Of a stretch of DNA of 64,000 nucleotides, positions 11,986 through 24,108 are shown piece by piece; the stretch's first letter is position 1, and each line of letters opens with the position of its first letter. The translations under genes were made by a program, and so were the position numbers. Origin of the DNA: Octopus vulgaris (taxonomy: Eukaryota); contig OX597817.1 of NCBI GenBank assembly GCA_951406725.2, forward strand, positions 110,856,001 to 110,920,000, in the 5' to 3' direction. The notes below the pieces were generated by a model. The model had not been told where the DNA came from. It saw nothing but the letters and a program-made list of their open reading frames with translations, and did not search any database.

Positions 11986-13934
11986 TCATTTTTTAATCTA
12001 CTTTTCTATACTTGCATGGATCAAGTGGAATTCATTGAGGCAAATTTTTTATAACCAGATTCCTTTCTTGTTGCCAAACCTTGCTTATTTCCAAATATGC
12101 TAATATTTCCTCTTAGACATCTTTTCTCAGAAAACTAGTAATGACACTATTTGTATGACACTGATGCTTGCATATAACTGCGCACGTGCACACACACACA
12201 CATCATCATCATCATTATTGTTGACATTATTTTTACATCTGCTTTCCCATGTTGGCATGGGTTGGATGGAACTCTTTGAGACTGTTTTAAAGCTAGATGC
12301 CAACACTTTTAGTTGCTTTTTGCAACATGCAAGAATACAATGTACCTATTTTAAAACCAAGATACACATGTAGACATATACCTTCACATTACTCTATGTG
12401 ATAATTTAACATATGTGGTTGTCACAGTGGCATTGAAACTTTCATGTAAAGATTCAAGTGTGGTAATAGTTTACATTGGTTCCTGTAGCTAGTTCTATAT
12501 TCTTTTCCTGTGTTTAGCATTGCCACTTAGCATTTAGAAATGTTAAATAGGGTGAAGTCTTATTTGCTAAACTGTCTCATATTAAACACTTTTCACTGGT
12601 AGTCTGAGAGAGGTGAAACACAAGGAAATAGTATGAAATATTATTGCCCCCTTTATAAATGAGAAATAAAAATGATAAAAGATATTTGTTAGGGGTCAAA
12701 CTGAAAAATAAATTATCTAAATAGTTATAATTTTCTAGTAAATCTTGTATGATGGTTGTTTTGTTTCCATATTTATCTTGAATTGGTAAGGTAGATGAGA
12801 GGAAAATGTAATTCTTCTAATTACTTAATTACTTAAACTGGATTAAGCTCACATAATAAATACAACACTTTGAAGAGGTAGATAATAAATGAACAAGTGT
12901 TTGTTGTGAAAGACCCTATTTAAATCAGATCCAATCACTACACATGACATCAATACTCTAGATATTCTCTTATCTATCCATGTGTTGATTAAATCGCTAG
13001 AAAGGAATATATTGTAGGTATATGATTAAAGTGATAGAGTACTGAATTAAAAGCCATATCAAAGCACTTGGCAAGATATATTGTTCTTTTCATCTGAATA
13101 ATCAGAAAGGGGAATATGTTCAAATTATCTTCATTACTGAATTATACTATTAAGAAAGCAATAAATATTGCTGCAGAAAATCTTTATTGTGTGGGAAAAT
13201 ATGTCAATTTGCAAACCTATCAAACCCCTCCCTGCACGAACAAATATAAAGACAACTGATTTACTGATCTGAATTTTTGTTGTATTATTTCCTTTTTATC
13301 ACACTGATCTTCTGTGTACTTTCAAATTACTGGCATATGTTGAGTTTCTGGTGTTTGGATGTTTTTGTTTTGATATTTTAAAAAATTTTACCTACTTTAT
13401 TTTTGTAACTTAAATTCTAATGGCAGCTATGTTGTGCTGTCATGTTACATTCAGAGAACGGAAGCTGTTCCAAAAGGAGCTGTGATAACCATTACATTGA
13501 ATCATTTGGTGGGAATTACGCAGAACATGTCTAGAAATTCTTTTTCTTATAGTTTAGACATGTATATCTCTTGATGTTTGTTCATGTATAAGGATCAGGA
13601 AAGGTAGAAGATAGTAAGTTATATATATGTGTGAAACAATTGAAATTATTCCAGTTTTGTTTTTATATGTTGATGTTTGTCTAAGCAGCATTATGTAAAC
13701 AATGTTTACAATGTGCTTTTATAATTGCTATTTAGGTCCTGGTTTTGTTATATAATGTTAGGATATTCGAAACTCGCAGAAATCCTTTTTATTATTTATG
13801 CACTGTTTGTTTTACACTGGTTTTGACTCAAAGTTTTGGTTTGCTATGTTTAAACATTTTACAAAGATGCCAAAGTTAAATCCTATTGGAATCACAGGCT
13901 TGTGTTTCTTCAAGTATTCTTATACAATTTGCTC

Positions 13935-13965
<31 letters not shown>

Positions 13966-16704
13966 CTCTTCTCTTTTTATCCTTCTTTATATAAATATTT
14001 ATTTGAAATATTTCAACACCATTTTTAAACTTTGCTTCTTATTGAATTTTCAGCATTTTCTTCAGTCGTTGATTTCTTTCAGATACTTAGCTTTTGAGAT
14101 GTTTTCCACCTTTTGACTATGATTCTTATATGATTATTTGTATATTATGATTGTCTTAATATTCTTTAATCTTTTTCTTATGTTATGATGTTAAAGTTGA
14201 TTTCTGGTAATGAACTGTTTGACGAAATATCTACTGAGTTTTCTAGGAAAATATATACATTTGTATGCCAATCTTTTGACCCCTGCAAGCCATAGAGATC
14301 TGATATCTATTGTTAATGGTTTAGTGAACTGAGTTAAATGTACAAAAACATAATGAAACATCAGAAATGTAACAAATTGTTTTAAGTTGATAGTACAATT
14401 ATCTGTTCTGCTTTATCATTTCTATTATTCATTTAATATTCAGATAAACAAAGCTATATCTAGAACTTGTGTAACTGTAGAATGAAAGTGGTGTTGTATA
14501 TTGTGTTGGTCAATATAAAATATGTTAAAATGATACTTCGCTTAGGGAGTAGTCTTTTGGGTTTTAGAGTCTTAGATATTCTGATTGTAAGACAAAATAT
14601 TTTTAATATCTTCAATAGACACATGTCTTTTCTTCCCCACCTCAGATTTATTTCTTATTGTTTTCTGAATATGAATAAATTTTCAGACATAAAAAAAAAA
14701 ACCCATTTCAACATTTTAATATGTTATTTTAATGTAATATTTTTATAAAAAATACTTGTTTTTCTGAAATCAAACAGATGTGATGTATGTTTTCTTGTTG
14801 TATAATATATTTTTCAAAGGTTAAAAATGATTTGTGTGTGTGTGTGTGTGTATGTGTGTAAAATAAAATTTTGCAAATAGATGGTCTAGAATAGTTTAAT
14901 AATATAAATCTGCTGGAAAGGTAGTGGATTGGCAGAATCATTAGAGTGTTGGACAAAATACCAGTATTTGTTCCAGTTCTTTATGCAGTTGCCAAAATGC
15001 ATCAGCCCTTGGATTTCCCTTAGTCAAAATCTATGGAGTAGAGAAGGGAGACTTACTGCAGCATAGGCAACTGCTGCTTTTCCATAGAACCCCAACCCTA
15101 TGCCCTGAAGAACTTTTTAGGTGTAGATACATGGTCAACCTCGATGAACAGCTACAGACATGTAACTTTGAGAGGTCATTTGTTTTAGGCATGTATGTAT
15201 ATATTCTGAGTTCTGATATGCAAGATGATTAAATATCTTCAAGCAATATGTGGTAATGGTTTATTATGATTTTATAATTTTTCATTTTTAGATAAACACC
15301 CTCCTCTACTGTAAATCTACTTTTGATTTGGGAAGAGTTTTCTTAAAATTCTTCTAGTGCTTTGATAAGCATTTTACAGCTGTCATGAGCCCTTTAGCAG
15401 TTTATATAAACTTGATGGTGGTTTTAATTTCAGCTGAAACCTTGTTTATATACACAATTTGATCAATTTAAGATAAATTGGAATGAAACCAGAAATATTA
15501 GCTGACTCAGAATATGTTGATTTAGTTAAAATTTGACTCATTAATGTGTGTATGTACACATGTATGTTTGTGTATGCATGAGAAAGAGAGGGGGAATGTT
15601 GAATATTGCAATTATAAATTAAGGTAGGCAAAGATTATATTAAAATTAGAGAGTAACAAATACAGTAATGCCATTTTTAAATTTGTGTGTTATATAAAAT
15701 AATAATATTGTTTAATATCACCCAGGAAATAATTAGAAAAGCCCTGTTGTTTATAGCTTGTGATTGAAGTATTTAAAAACTGTTGTGATTATATTAATAA
15801 AAAAAATTAAAGGTAAATGTATTATGGTATTGGAGATGGGTCACAAACCAACACTCACCAATATCATTAGTCTTTTTTCCCTAACACTAAATTCTCGCTT
15901 GATTTTTTTCTTCTAGCTTCTTGTAGCTCTTCATTTTCTTTTTGTTTTTTCTGTTTGCATGTTTCTTCTTTTTCTTGTCTATTTTCCTTTCCCTTGCCAT
16001 CTTCTTCTCTTATAATACATGCAAACTCAGTATCAATGGAAATAGTTTCTTAAATAATCACAATGCAAACTAATTGGCCAAGAGTTCAGTACTTTAACTG
16101 AATCACCACTACATTTTGAAAACAGTAAAATGATTTACCAAATTAGCCTGAATCCAAAAAGGGAGTAAGATGAAATATTAGTTTTTTGCTAGAATTTAAT
16201 GACTTAGGCAAAAAGAAGTTGCATGAAAATCAGGTTGTAGGTTTGCAACCTTGACTGGTACTTTAAGTTGAGCCCAGTGGGATGAAAGGTGAAGTTGTAC
16301 CTTGGAGGGATTTTACTTAGAATGTAAAGAGTTAGAACAAATACTGCAATGTAGTTCTACCAATACTTTAACATTTCTGCCAATCCAACTTCCAATAATA
16401 ATATAATTCTACTAGTTATATTCTTTTATTCTGTTATTCTTTTACCAGTTCCACTCATTGGACTATAGCCATGCTACAACATAGCCTTAAAACGTTTTGA
16501 TTATATTAAACTCATTGCTTTGTTTGGTACTATTTTATCAGTCTTGGAAAGCGGTAAAACAAAGTTGACTTAGATACGATTTCAACTTAATATATAAGGG
16601 ACATAACCAAATACGAGAAGCTATTCTTTTCAATGCACCACTGATTCTACCATCCACCTGACATACAAGTATGTATGTATATTTATATGTTAGTTTGTAT
16701 ATGT

Positions 16705-17245
16705 CATCATCATCTTCACCGTTTAACTTGCTTAACTTGCTGGCATGGGTTTGACGGTTTGACTGAGGACTGGCAAACCAGAAGGCTGCACCAGGCTCCA
16801 ATCTGATCTTATAAGGTTTCTACAGCTGGATGCTCTTCTTAACGCCAGCCACTCTGAGAGTGCTTTTTACGTGCCACTGGCATGAGGGCCAGTCAGGCGG
16901 TACTGGTCGAAACCAGTACTGCCTGACTTTCTACATGCCATCGGCATGGGAGCCAGTCAGGAAGCACTGGTAATGGCCAAGCTTAAATGGTGCTTTTTAC
17001 ATCCCACCAGCACGGGAGCCAGTCAGGTGGCACTGGCAATGACCACACATGAATAGTGCTTTTTACATGTCACCAGCATGGGACCAGTCAGGTGGCACTG
17101 GTATCGACCACATTCATATGGTGCATTTTACATGCCACTGGCACAGAAGCCAGTCTGGTGGGTCTGGCCTCGGCCATGCTTGAAGGTGCTTTTTACATGC
17201 CACTGGCACGGGTGCCAGTCAGGCGGTACTGGCATCAGCCATGAC
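16705..17245 (-). mobile_element. RTE-clade LINE 3' UTR with ~66-bp tandem repeats
   Basis: (CAT)n tail, then gtttaac...tggcatgggtttgacggtttgactgag, then repeated units tgctttttacatgcc...gccagtcagg...actggca; homologous to 27511-28085. Confidence 0.85.
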
Positions 17246-17264
17246 AAGTATGTATATGTTGCAT

Positions 17265-17640
17265 AGCAGTGAGGTATGGCAGTTGAAAGTGGATTTTGTG
17301 CAAAGGCTGTGAAGAAAGAGGTGAACATGCTCTGCTCTCCTGGAAGTATAATATCACTGTACGTGAATGATGGAGAAGAAATGGGCTGCAAGTAAAACTG
17401 AAGAGAGAAGGAATTATTTGTAGCATGCAAATGAGATGGTTGAGTTGGTTAGCTAATTGAAAAATGGGTCACACAATCCAAGTGGAGAGAATCTGCAGAA
17501 AAGAAATACTGAAAAAAGACGTTGAATAAAGATGAAAGTTGATCTCAGAATGCTGACCTTCTTGAAGTAGAGGATAAGGTACTGCAGCAAATGGTAAGAT
17601 TTTGTGTTAGAGATGACCCATCCAACCAAAGCACACATCA
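17265..17640 (+). mobile_element. Highly decayed RTE ORF C-terminal fragment
   Basis: Translation SEVWQLKVDFVQRL*R.. and GIICSMQMRWLSW resembles the RTE C-terminus at 28220-28620. Confidence 0.45.
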
Positions 17641-20075
17641 GAAAATGAATGTAAAATGATAACAGATGGTGATATATATTCTTCTGAAGATCTTCCATGT
17701 AGACTCTGTCAGTAAATTTTATCCATAAAGCCTTGGTCAATGCAAGGCTATGATAGAAACAATTTTCCCAAAGTCCTTCACAACGACATCAAGCATTGAA
17801 CATCTTGAGCCCATAATAAAAACAGTTTCAAATATAAGTATGAGATCACAAATTTTGTGGGTAGGGGATAGATGTGAAGTTGACCTTGGTTGGGTTTTAA
17901 CTCAACAAAAAGAGCCTTAACTAAATGCCACAATGAATTTTATCGATATATATATTATATTTTGTGCTTTGTATCTATCACCCACCCATATACTTCATAA
18001 TGTATAGAGGGCATGTCATTGCTGAAAGTAGGGGTTCTGGTAGCAAATAATTGTGGATGAGTAGAAATCCTCCTATAGGCTATTACAGAGATGGACAACA
18101 CTACTATTATTACTCTTTGCAATACAAATCCAATGCCATCTCATTTTCTTATTGTAATTATGGAAACATTCAGCTGGATAGATGGTCATCTGCAGACTAT
18201 GACTAACCAAGGTATACATTGTTCTTCTTCACCTGAGCGTGTTCATCAGAGCAAATTTTCTCCCTGAAATACAATTATCAACTTCATTATTCTGTTCATT
18301 GACTCACTTGCATAGCAGTGATGAAATTCTTGTGGAGTTATAAAAACCATTATTAATGTTACTAAACATAGAATGGACACTTCTTGCTTAATTTATTCTA
18401 GGGTTTGCCGTTGGTAGTATTTCTAATTGTTTGCATTCTTATTAGTATTGTAGTTCTTTAGTCTTAACTTAATATGGATGAAATGATCATAGTAATTCAA
18501 TTTGAAATATTGACTCATTTTGTTCTAATATTTGTTTTATTTTTTGCCAGTTACTATGAGAAAACATGAAAGTCATATATATATATATATATATACACAG
18601 AAAGCTGGATAGATTGATAAATCTAGAAAAGAGTAGGAATTGTTTATATTGCTGGAAATTTATCTATATTACTGTCTGAAAACAACTGTGCATTCTTGTG
18701 CTCATGTCATTTAATTGAATTCTGTTTTGAATATACTAACTCAAAAATTCTTTCAAGGGTGACTGATTTCTTTCTTCTCAATTTACTTTGGCTTTTCACC
18801 AATATGAATCATTTCTTCATTCTCTCTTTTCATCTCTTTTCTGTTTCAATCATAATAATTTTCTTAACGATTCTTCTTTTTTCCCCATTCTGGGTTTTTT
18901 TTTCTTGATTTGCAAATCTCATATATTTACATAATAGATAATATTTTGTTGATATTCTATTTCTTCATTTGTGTACATATTTTATTAGCATGAGTGGTTA
19001 AGGTGTGTGATAAACTTAGAAAAATGTTAGCTCAGCATAAATCTTCATCAGCAGGAATATATTCTGCAAGACCCTATGACAACGGTATCTTAATTGTTGC
19101 TTGGTACTTTAATGCACAAGTTGAGGACTTAGTGATTTTGCAGTATAGTAGTTCTATGTAAAGGATTGAGTAAACATAAGACTTTTACAGTTCTGTGATT
19201 ATTATGTAGATGATGATGATCTATGCTAACATGAGTGGGATGAGATTTATTGAGGCAGTATTCTATGGCCAGATGCTTTTCTGGTTGCCCACCCAAATTT
19301 CAAATGGTCTGCCTACATGGAAATCATTATACCTTATCTGTGTCTATGAAGGAATGAAACCAATTTATCATCTGTTCCATAGCCTTCAGAAAACAGCTGG
19401 TTATCTACCAATCAGGTGTGTACTGAAACAGATTGATTTTGTTCTGTCTTGAAAGGTGGATGGGTAATAAACTCTATGCTTATTTCTAGAGAGGAATGTA
19501 TGCTCCAAACATAGATAAGTTCAGGCTGAGACCACAGAAAGTATGAAGAAGTGTGTTATGGAAAGCTGCATCTGAAATAGCCAGCTTGTATGTAATGCCA
19601 GTGAATGTGCATATACATATACCATGTACATAGTAAAGTTATATTTAGGTATGTAACTGACAGGTGTTAGCTACTAAATCATGAGTGTGTTACTTTTGAT
19701 AGACTGGTTGTTAGTATCAGATCAATAATAAGCTATAATTTAAAGGAGATTTTGCTATTAATTATAATAGGTTGAACAATGACAAAGAAGCTACTGGTTG
19801 TTACTTAGCCACAGGCCAGCCCTGGTGGAGTAGACTTATAATCAAAGTCTGTAACCATTCCTGTATGCAAGAGACAGAGGATAATAGTATCCAGTGTGTC
19901 TTTTTCTGAGATGATAGAATACAGTTTGAGAGAGATCTAATTGCTATTTCTAGCAAGATGAGTGACTATGTTGGGACTCCCTTATCAGCTTGTGAGGCTA
20001 CTAGTGTTCTGTTCAAGTGATGATTTATTTCACCTGATTAATATCATGAAGTCAAGACTACACATTCACCTTTAA

Positions 20076-21487
20076 CTTTCTGTCTACCAATGGGTCCAAT
20101 GGACCCATTTCAGTTTTTTCAGTTGCCTTTTCCTATTGTTTATATTATTTGATTCTGCTGATTTCTCCTGACTCTTATTTTTTCTTGACTCTTTTATTTG
20201 TCAAATGGGAAATTTTTCCGTATGTTTATAAAAGCTAGAAAATTACACTTTATACATTAAATACCATATAGGTCCATTGGACTCTCGATTTAAATTCAGA
20301 CAATACTCTTGTCATTCTAAACAAAATAAGAGCAGTATGAAATATTATTTTCCTAGATATTTATCAGATATAAAATAGGTAAAATTGTATTCAATTTACT
20401 TGCTGAATTTTAGATAAGATAGGAGAAATTATGAAAATATTCCTGTAAATTTGTGTGGTACTACATCACCTTCAGTCTGCTAGGTTATAGGGTGATGCAA
20501 TATTTCTATGTGATGATGCAATTCTTACAATATATTGCATCATCTTTCAGGAGAGTATAAATATGTGAGCGAGCAATATCTGCCTTTGGTCTGCTATCAA
20601 GTTTTATATAGTTCAGTTGTGCTTTCCAATATGCCTAGACATGAAAATTTGAGTGAATACCAAATATTGAAAAGGTTATTAGAATTAGATGAAGAATGGG
20701 AAGAAGATAGTAGTGATTCCTTCTATTACTCTGAAGATGATAGTAAAATTGATTGTGTGCTGGACAGTTTAGGTTCTGTGTCATCAGATGATGAAGGTAC
20801 TAAGAAACAATTATCTGCAACCCACCCAGTTATGAATGAGCAATATGTTTCTAGAGACAGACAAGAAGTTTGGCATTCTAATCCTTTTACTCAAGCAGCA
20901 GTAAGAACTTCATCTTGCAATATTGTGTGCCAAGAATGTGGACCATCCTGTGTTGCTAAAAGGTCTTGCGATAGCATTGAAACATATTTTACTATCTTTA
21001 TATGCCAGAATCTTCTTGAAGTAATTCGTAAATGGACAAATTTTGAAGGTCAGTTTGTTTACAAAGATAAATAGAAGGAAATTGATCACTCTGAACTAAA
21101 GAAATTTATTGGACTGATTATTCTTATAGGTGTTTATAAATCTAAAGATGAAAATGTCACACAGTTATGGAGTCAAGAACTTGTACTACATGTAAGAATT
21201 GTAATATTCATGTTTGCCAAGAACATTCCAATCTTGTCTGCATTCTCTGCCATGGAGAGCTGTAATTCTGTATTTTGGGAATTTTTAAAGTTTATAATAT
21301 ATTCTGTAAGCTGTATTTATTTTATTAAAATTTGTGAGAAACAGTAATTCTTCATTCATCTGATGCCATATATAATGTAGCTAAGAAATAGTGGTAGTTT
21401 GAATATAATTCAATTAAAGGAAAAATATTGGGTCCATTGGACCCAGTAGGTAATTAGTGACATATATTTTCTCTGGTAGACCAAGGG
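20076..21487 (+). mobile_element. Internally deleted piggyBac DNA transposon (~1.4 kb)
   Basis: TTAA at 20072-20075 and 21488-21491; imperfect TIRs (ctttctgtctacca / tggtagaccaaggg); subterminal palindromes gggtccaatggaccc (20092-20106) and gggtccattggaccc (21430-21444). Confidence 0.9.
20631..21265 (+). pseudogene. piggyBac transposase pseudogene: acidic N-terminus and pre-catalytic region joined to the Cys-rich C-terminus; catalytic core deleted
   Basis: MPRHENLSE..acidic tract..GPS..IRKWTN..*KEIDHSELKKFIGLIILIGVYKSKDENVTQLWSQE, then in another frame TCTTCKNCNIHVCQEHSNLVCILCHGEL*; premature TAG at 21072. Confidence 0.88.
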
Positions 21488-24059
21488 TTAACATCAACTG
21501 GTTACTGGATGCACTTATGTTTAAAGTTGAAATAGACAGAAAATTTTATACTTCAACAAAGCATTGGATTGTTCCATATTTTAGCAACTGCTAACAGATG
21601 AAAGATAAAACCAACTAAATATGTCAAAATATGTGGTCTTATGTACCTTTTAGAAATCATTGTTGTTAATATAGTTAGGGGTTATCTATAAATTTATTTT
21701 GTTAATTCCTTTTCAAGTAACCTACTAATTTTATTGATAAACTTTAAAATGTAAATAATTTCAAGGTGGCACTTCAGAATGGCAACAATCAAATGACTGA
21801 AACAAGTAAAAGAATAAATTTATGTAAATATTTTCTGGCTTTAATAACATGATGGAATTTATTTTTATATACAAGTTATTAAATCTGATTTATGAAAATA
21901 ATGAAAAGACTTTTATAGGTACAATCTAAGCAAATCAAAGTTGAAAATATAATGTCTAGTTGTAGTAAGCTGTTATTCTTTTAATGTATATTGAACATAT
22001 TTTGTCATTTTAGTATTTGTTTTAAAACCAGCATTTGATGAAACTGAGTTTTTATCACAATAGGAAGCATTTGTACTCCTCAAGTTTTCATGATATATCA
22101 TAAAAATAATTATCTAAATTGCAATTAACATAATTCAGACTTATGTAAAGCATAACTTTCAATCAATTTGTGTGTTAAACACAATAACCTAATTTACTAT
22201 TGTGCTTATTTAGCAAAAAAAAAAAAAAAAGTTTTAAATGTCTTTTTTTTTATTCTCTTAATTACTCATGTATAATAAATCTCATTAATTTCATATGATT
22301 TTTGAACCTACAAAAGCATATTCTGGAAAATAATTTTTGAGCATCAGTGTTATGAATGTAATTTATACTTCAAATGATGTGGAGTTGGTCGAGTTACAAA
22401 AGCATAGATTTGGAAGCTTTACTGTATCCCTTTCATTACTACCCTGTCCTGAGTTCATATTCCACCTAGAATAATGTTTTGCCTTTTGTCTCTTTGCGAG
22501 CAATAGAGTAAGATCCTGTAACTAACTCTAGCCCATGACCTTCTAATATTATCATCATGCCTACCTGGAAGAATATAAATAAAAATAACAAAACAATATC
22601 AGGGATATTAAAATCTCAAAAATCTGGCATTAGGGATTGCTAAAGTATTTTATCTTGGTATTTCATTTTGTGTTGTATTTAATTTATTTGCTCTCCAGCA
22701 TTTTCGCAAATTGTTTGTACTTAATTTAATAATTTCCTTTTTATCAATGTTACTCCTTGAATGAACTAATCATGTGACAGTCTCCATTCTTGGTTTTAAA
22801 TTATATAACTGAAGTTCTTGAGAAAGGCTTGAAAAAGATATAGCTAAATCTCATTCTAATTACACCCAACCATCTTAAGTAAACAAAGATACATTAAAAA
22901 TGTTAGTATCTATTATACAAAAAGATGACTTAGCACTAGCTGGAATGCATTTGATCATGGGCCAACTTTATCAAGCCTTGTCCTGGGATTAAACAATGGC
23001 AGTTTATAAATTCTAGGCTTTTATGCATTTATTATGCACAAAATATTCCGCATCTTAGACCTCATGTTGTACTACCACAAATTAGATTTTGATATGCATA
23101 ATAAGCAACTGGTTGTTGAGTATGCAAGAATTAAATAACTATCAAAGAACTAAATTTTACTGTGAAATCTAAACACAAAATCCATTTACTCTAAGTCTTT
23201 ATTTATTTAACTATTAGATTTCTGGTCATTATTATAGTATCCAAGTATAGTTAGAGAGTATCAATTTTGAAAACAAATTAACTCTGTCCCATCCAATCAG
23301 CTGAGATAGGAACTAATTAGTTTTTAGCTATGATTTATTGTTGATTTCCTTTGAGGTCTTTTAAATAATTAACATTTGGAAATTTTGTAGCTGTCTGAAT
23401 TTTTTTAGTCTTTTGTTATTTCATTAACCACGATTCTTTTCTTAACTAGCCATAAAAACACTTATAAATAACATTGTTAATATCATCCAGGAAATAATTA
23501 GAAAAGCCCTGTTGTTTGTAGCTTGTGGTTCAAGTATTTAAAAACAGTTGTGATTATATTAATAAAAAGTTATTTTCAGATTAGCATTACTGTGTAGGGG
23601 TATCAAACAGTCAACATTATGACACATTCTAAATTTGGTCAGAGTGAATTTAATTATAGTTTACTGCTAAATTTTTCTTTATGTGGTCTGAAATTGCTAT
23701 GAAGATGATCTGTTGAACTTAGATGTATTTTATTATGTTAATTTAATATAATTGTCTTGGAAATTTTAGATTCATAAGGATGGTGTTTTACTTTATTTTC
23801 TGTTGCATGGAACTACTGAAAAGCTCAGTTTCTCTTCTCTCAGAAATTTTCTATTACACGTTAATTCCTCCAAAGAAACTGCTAATTATTGTAAGGTAAA
23901 GTCAACCCCAATGGGATTTGAACTCAGAATGTTGAAGAACAAATCTAATAATGGTTTTACTGTTCAAATATGTCATTGGACTTTTATTTATCTATATTAG
24001 ACTGATTCTATAAACTCCTGATTCATGTTATATACATTAATAAGTTCATATAAGCTTTT

Positions 24060-24108
24060 GTGTGTATGTACTTTATCTTATCTTAAATAAGATAAAGTAC
24101 ATACACAC
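24060..24108. repeat. Perfect 22-bp inverted repeat with 5-nt loop
   Basis: gtgtgtatgtactttatcttat-cttaa-ataagataaagtacatacacac. Confidence 0.9.

Noticed and set aside
13455-13534. Possible exon after ttCAG (RTEAVPKGAV.. or ENGSCSKRSC..)
   Set aside because: Weak pyrimidine tract, no convincing donor, unrecognised peptide
18225-19052. Two minus-strand CTGATGA motifs (~18243 and ~19045) as possible hammerheads
   Set aside because: No correctly placed GAAA or stems I/III
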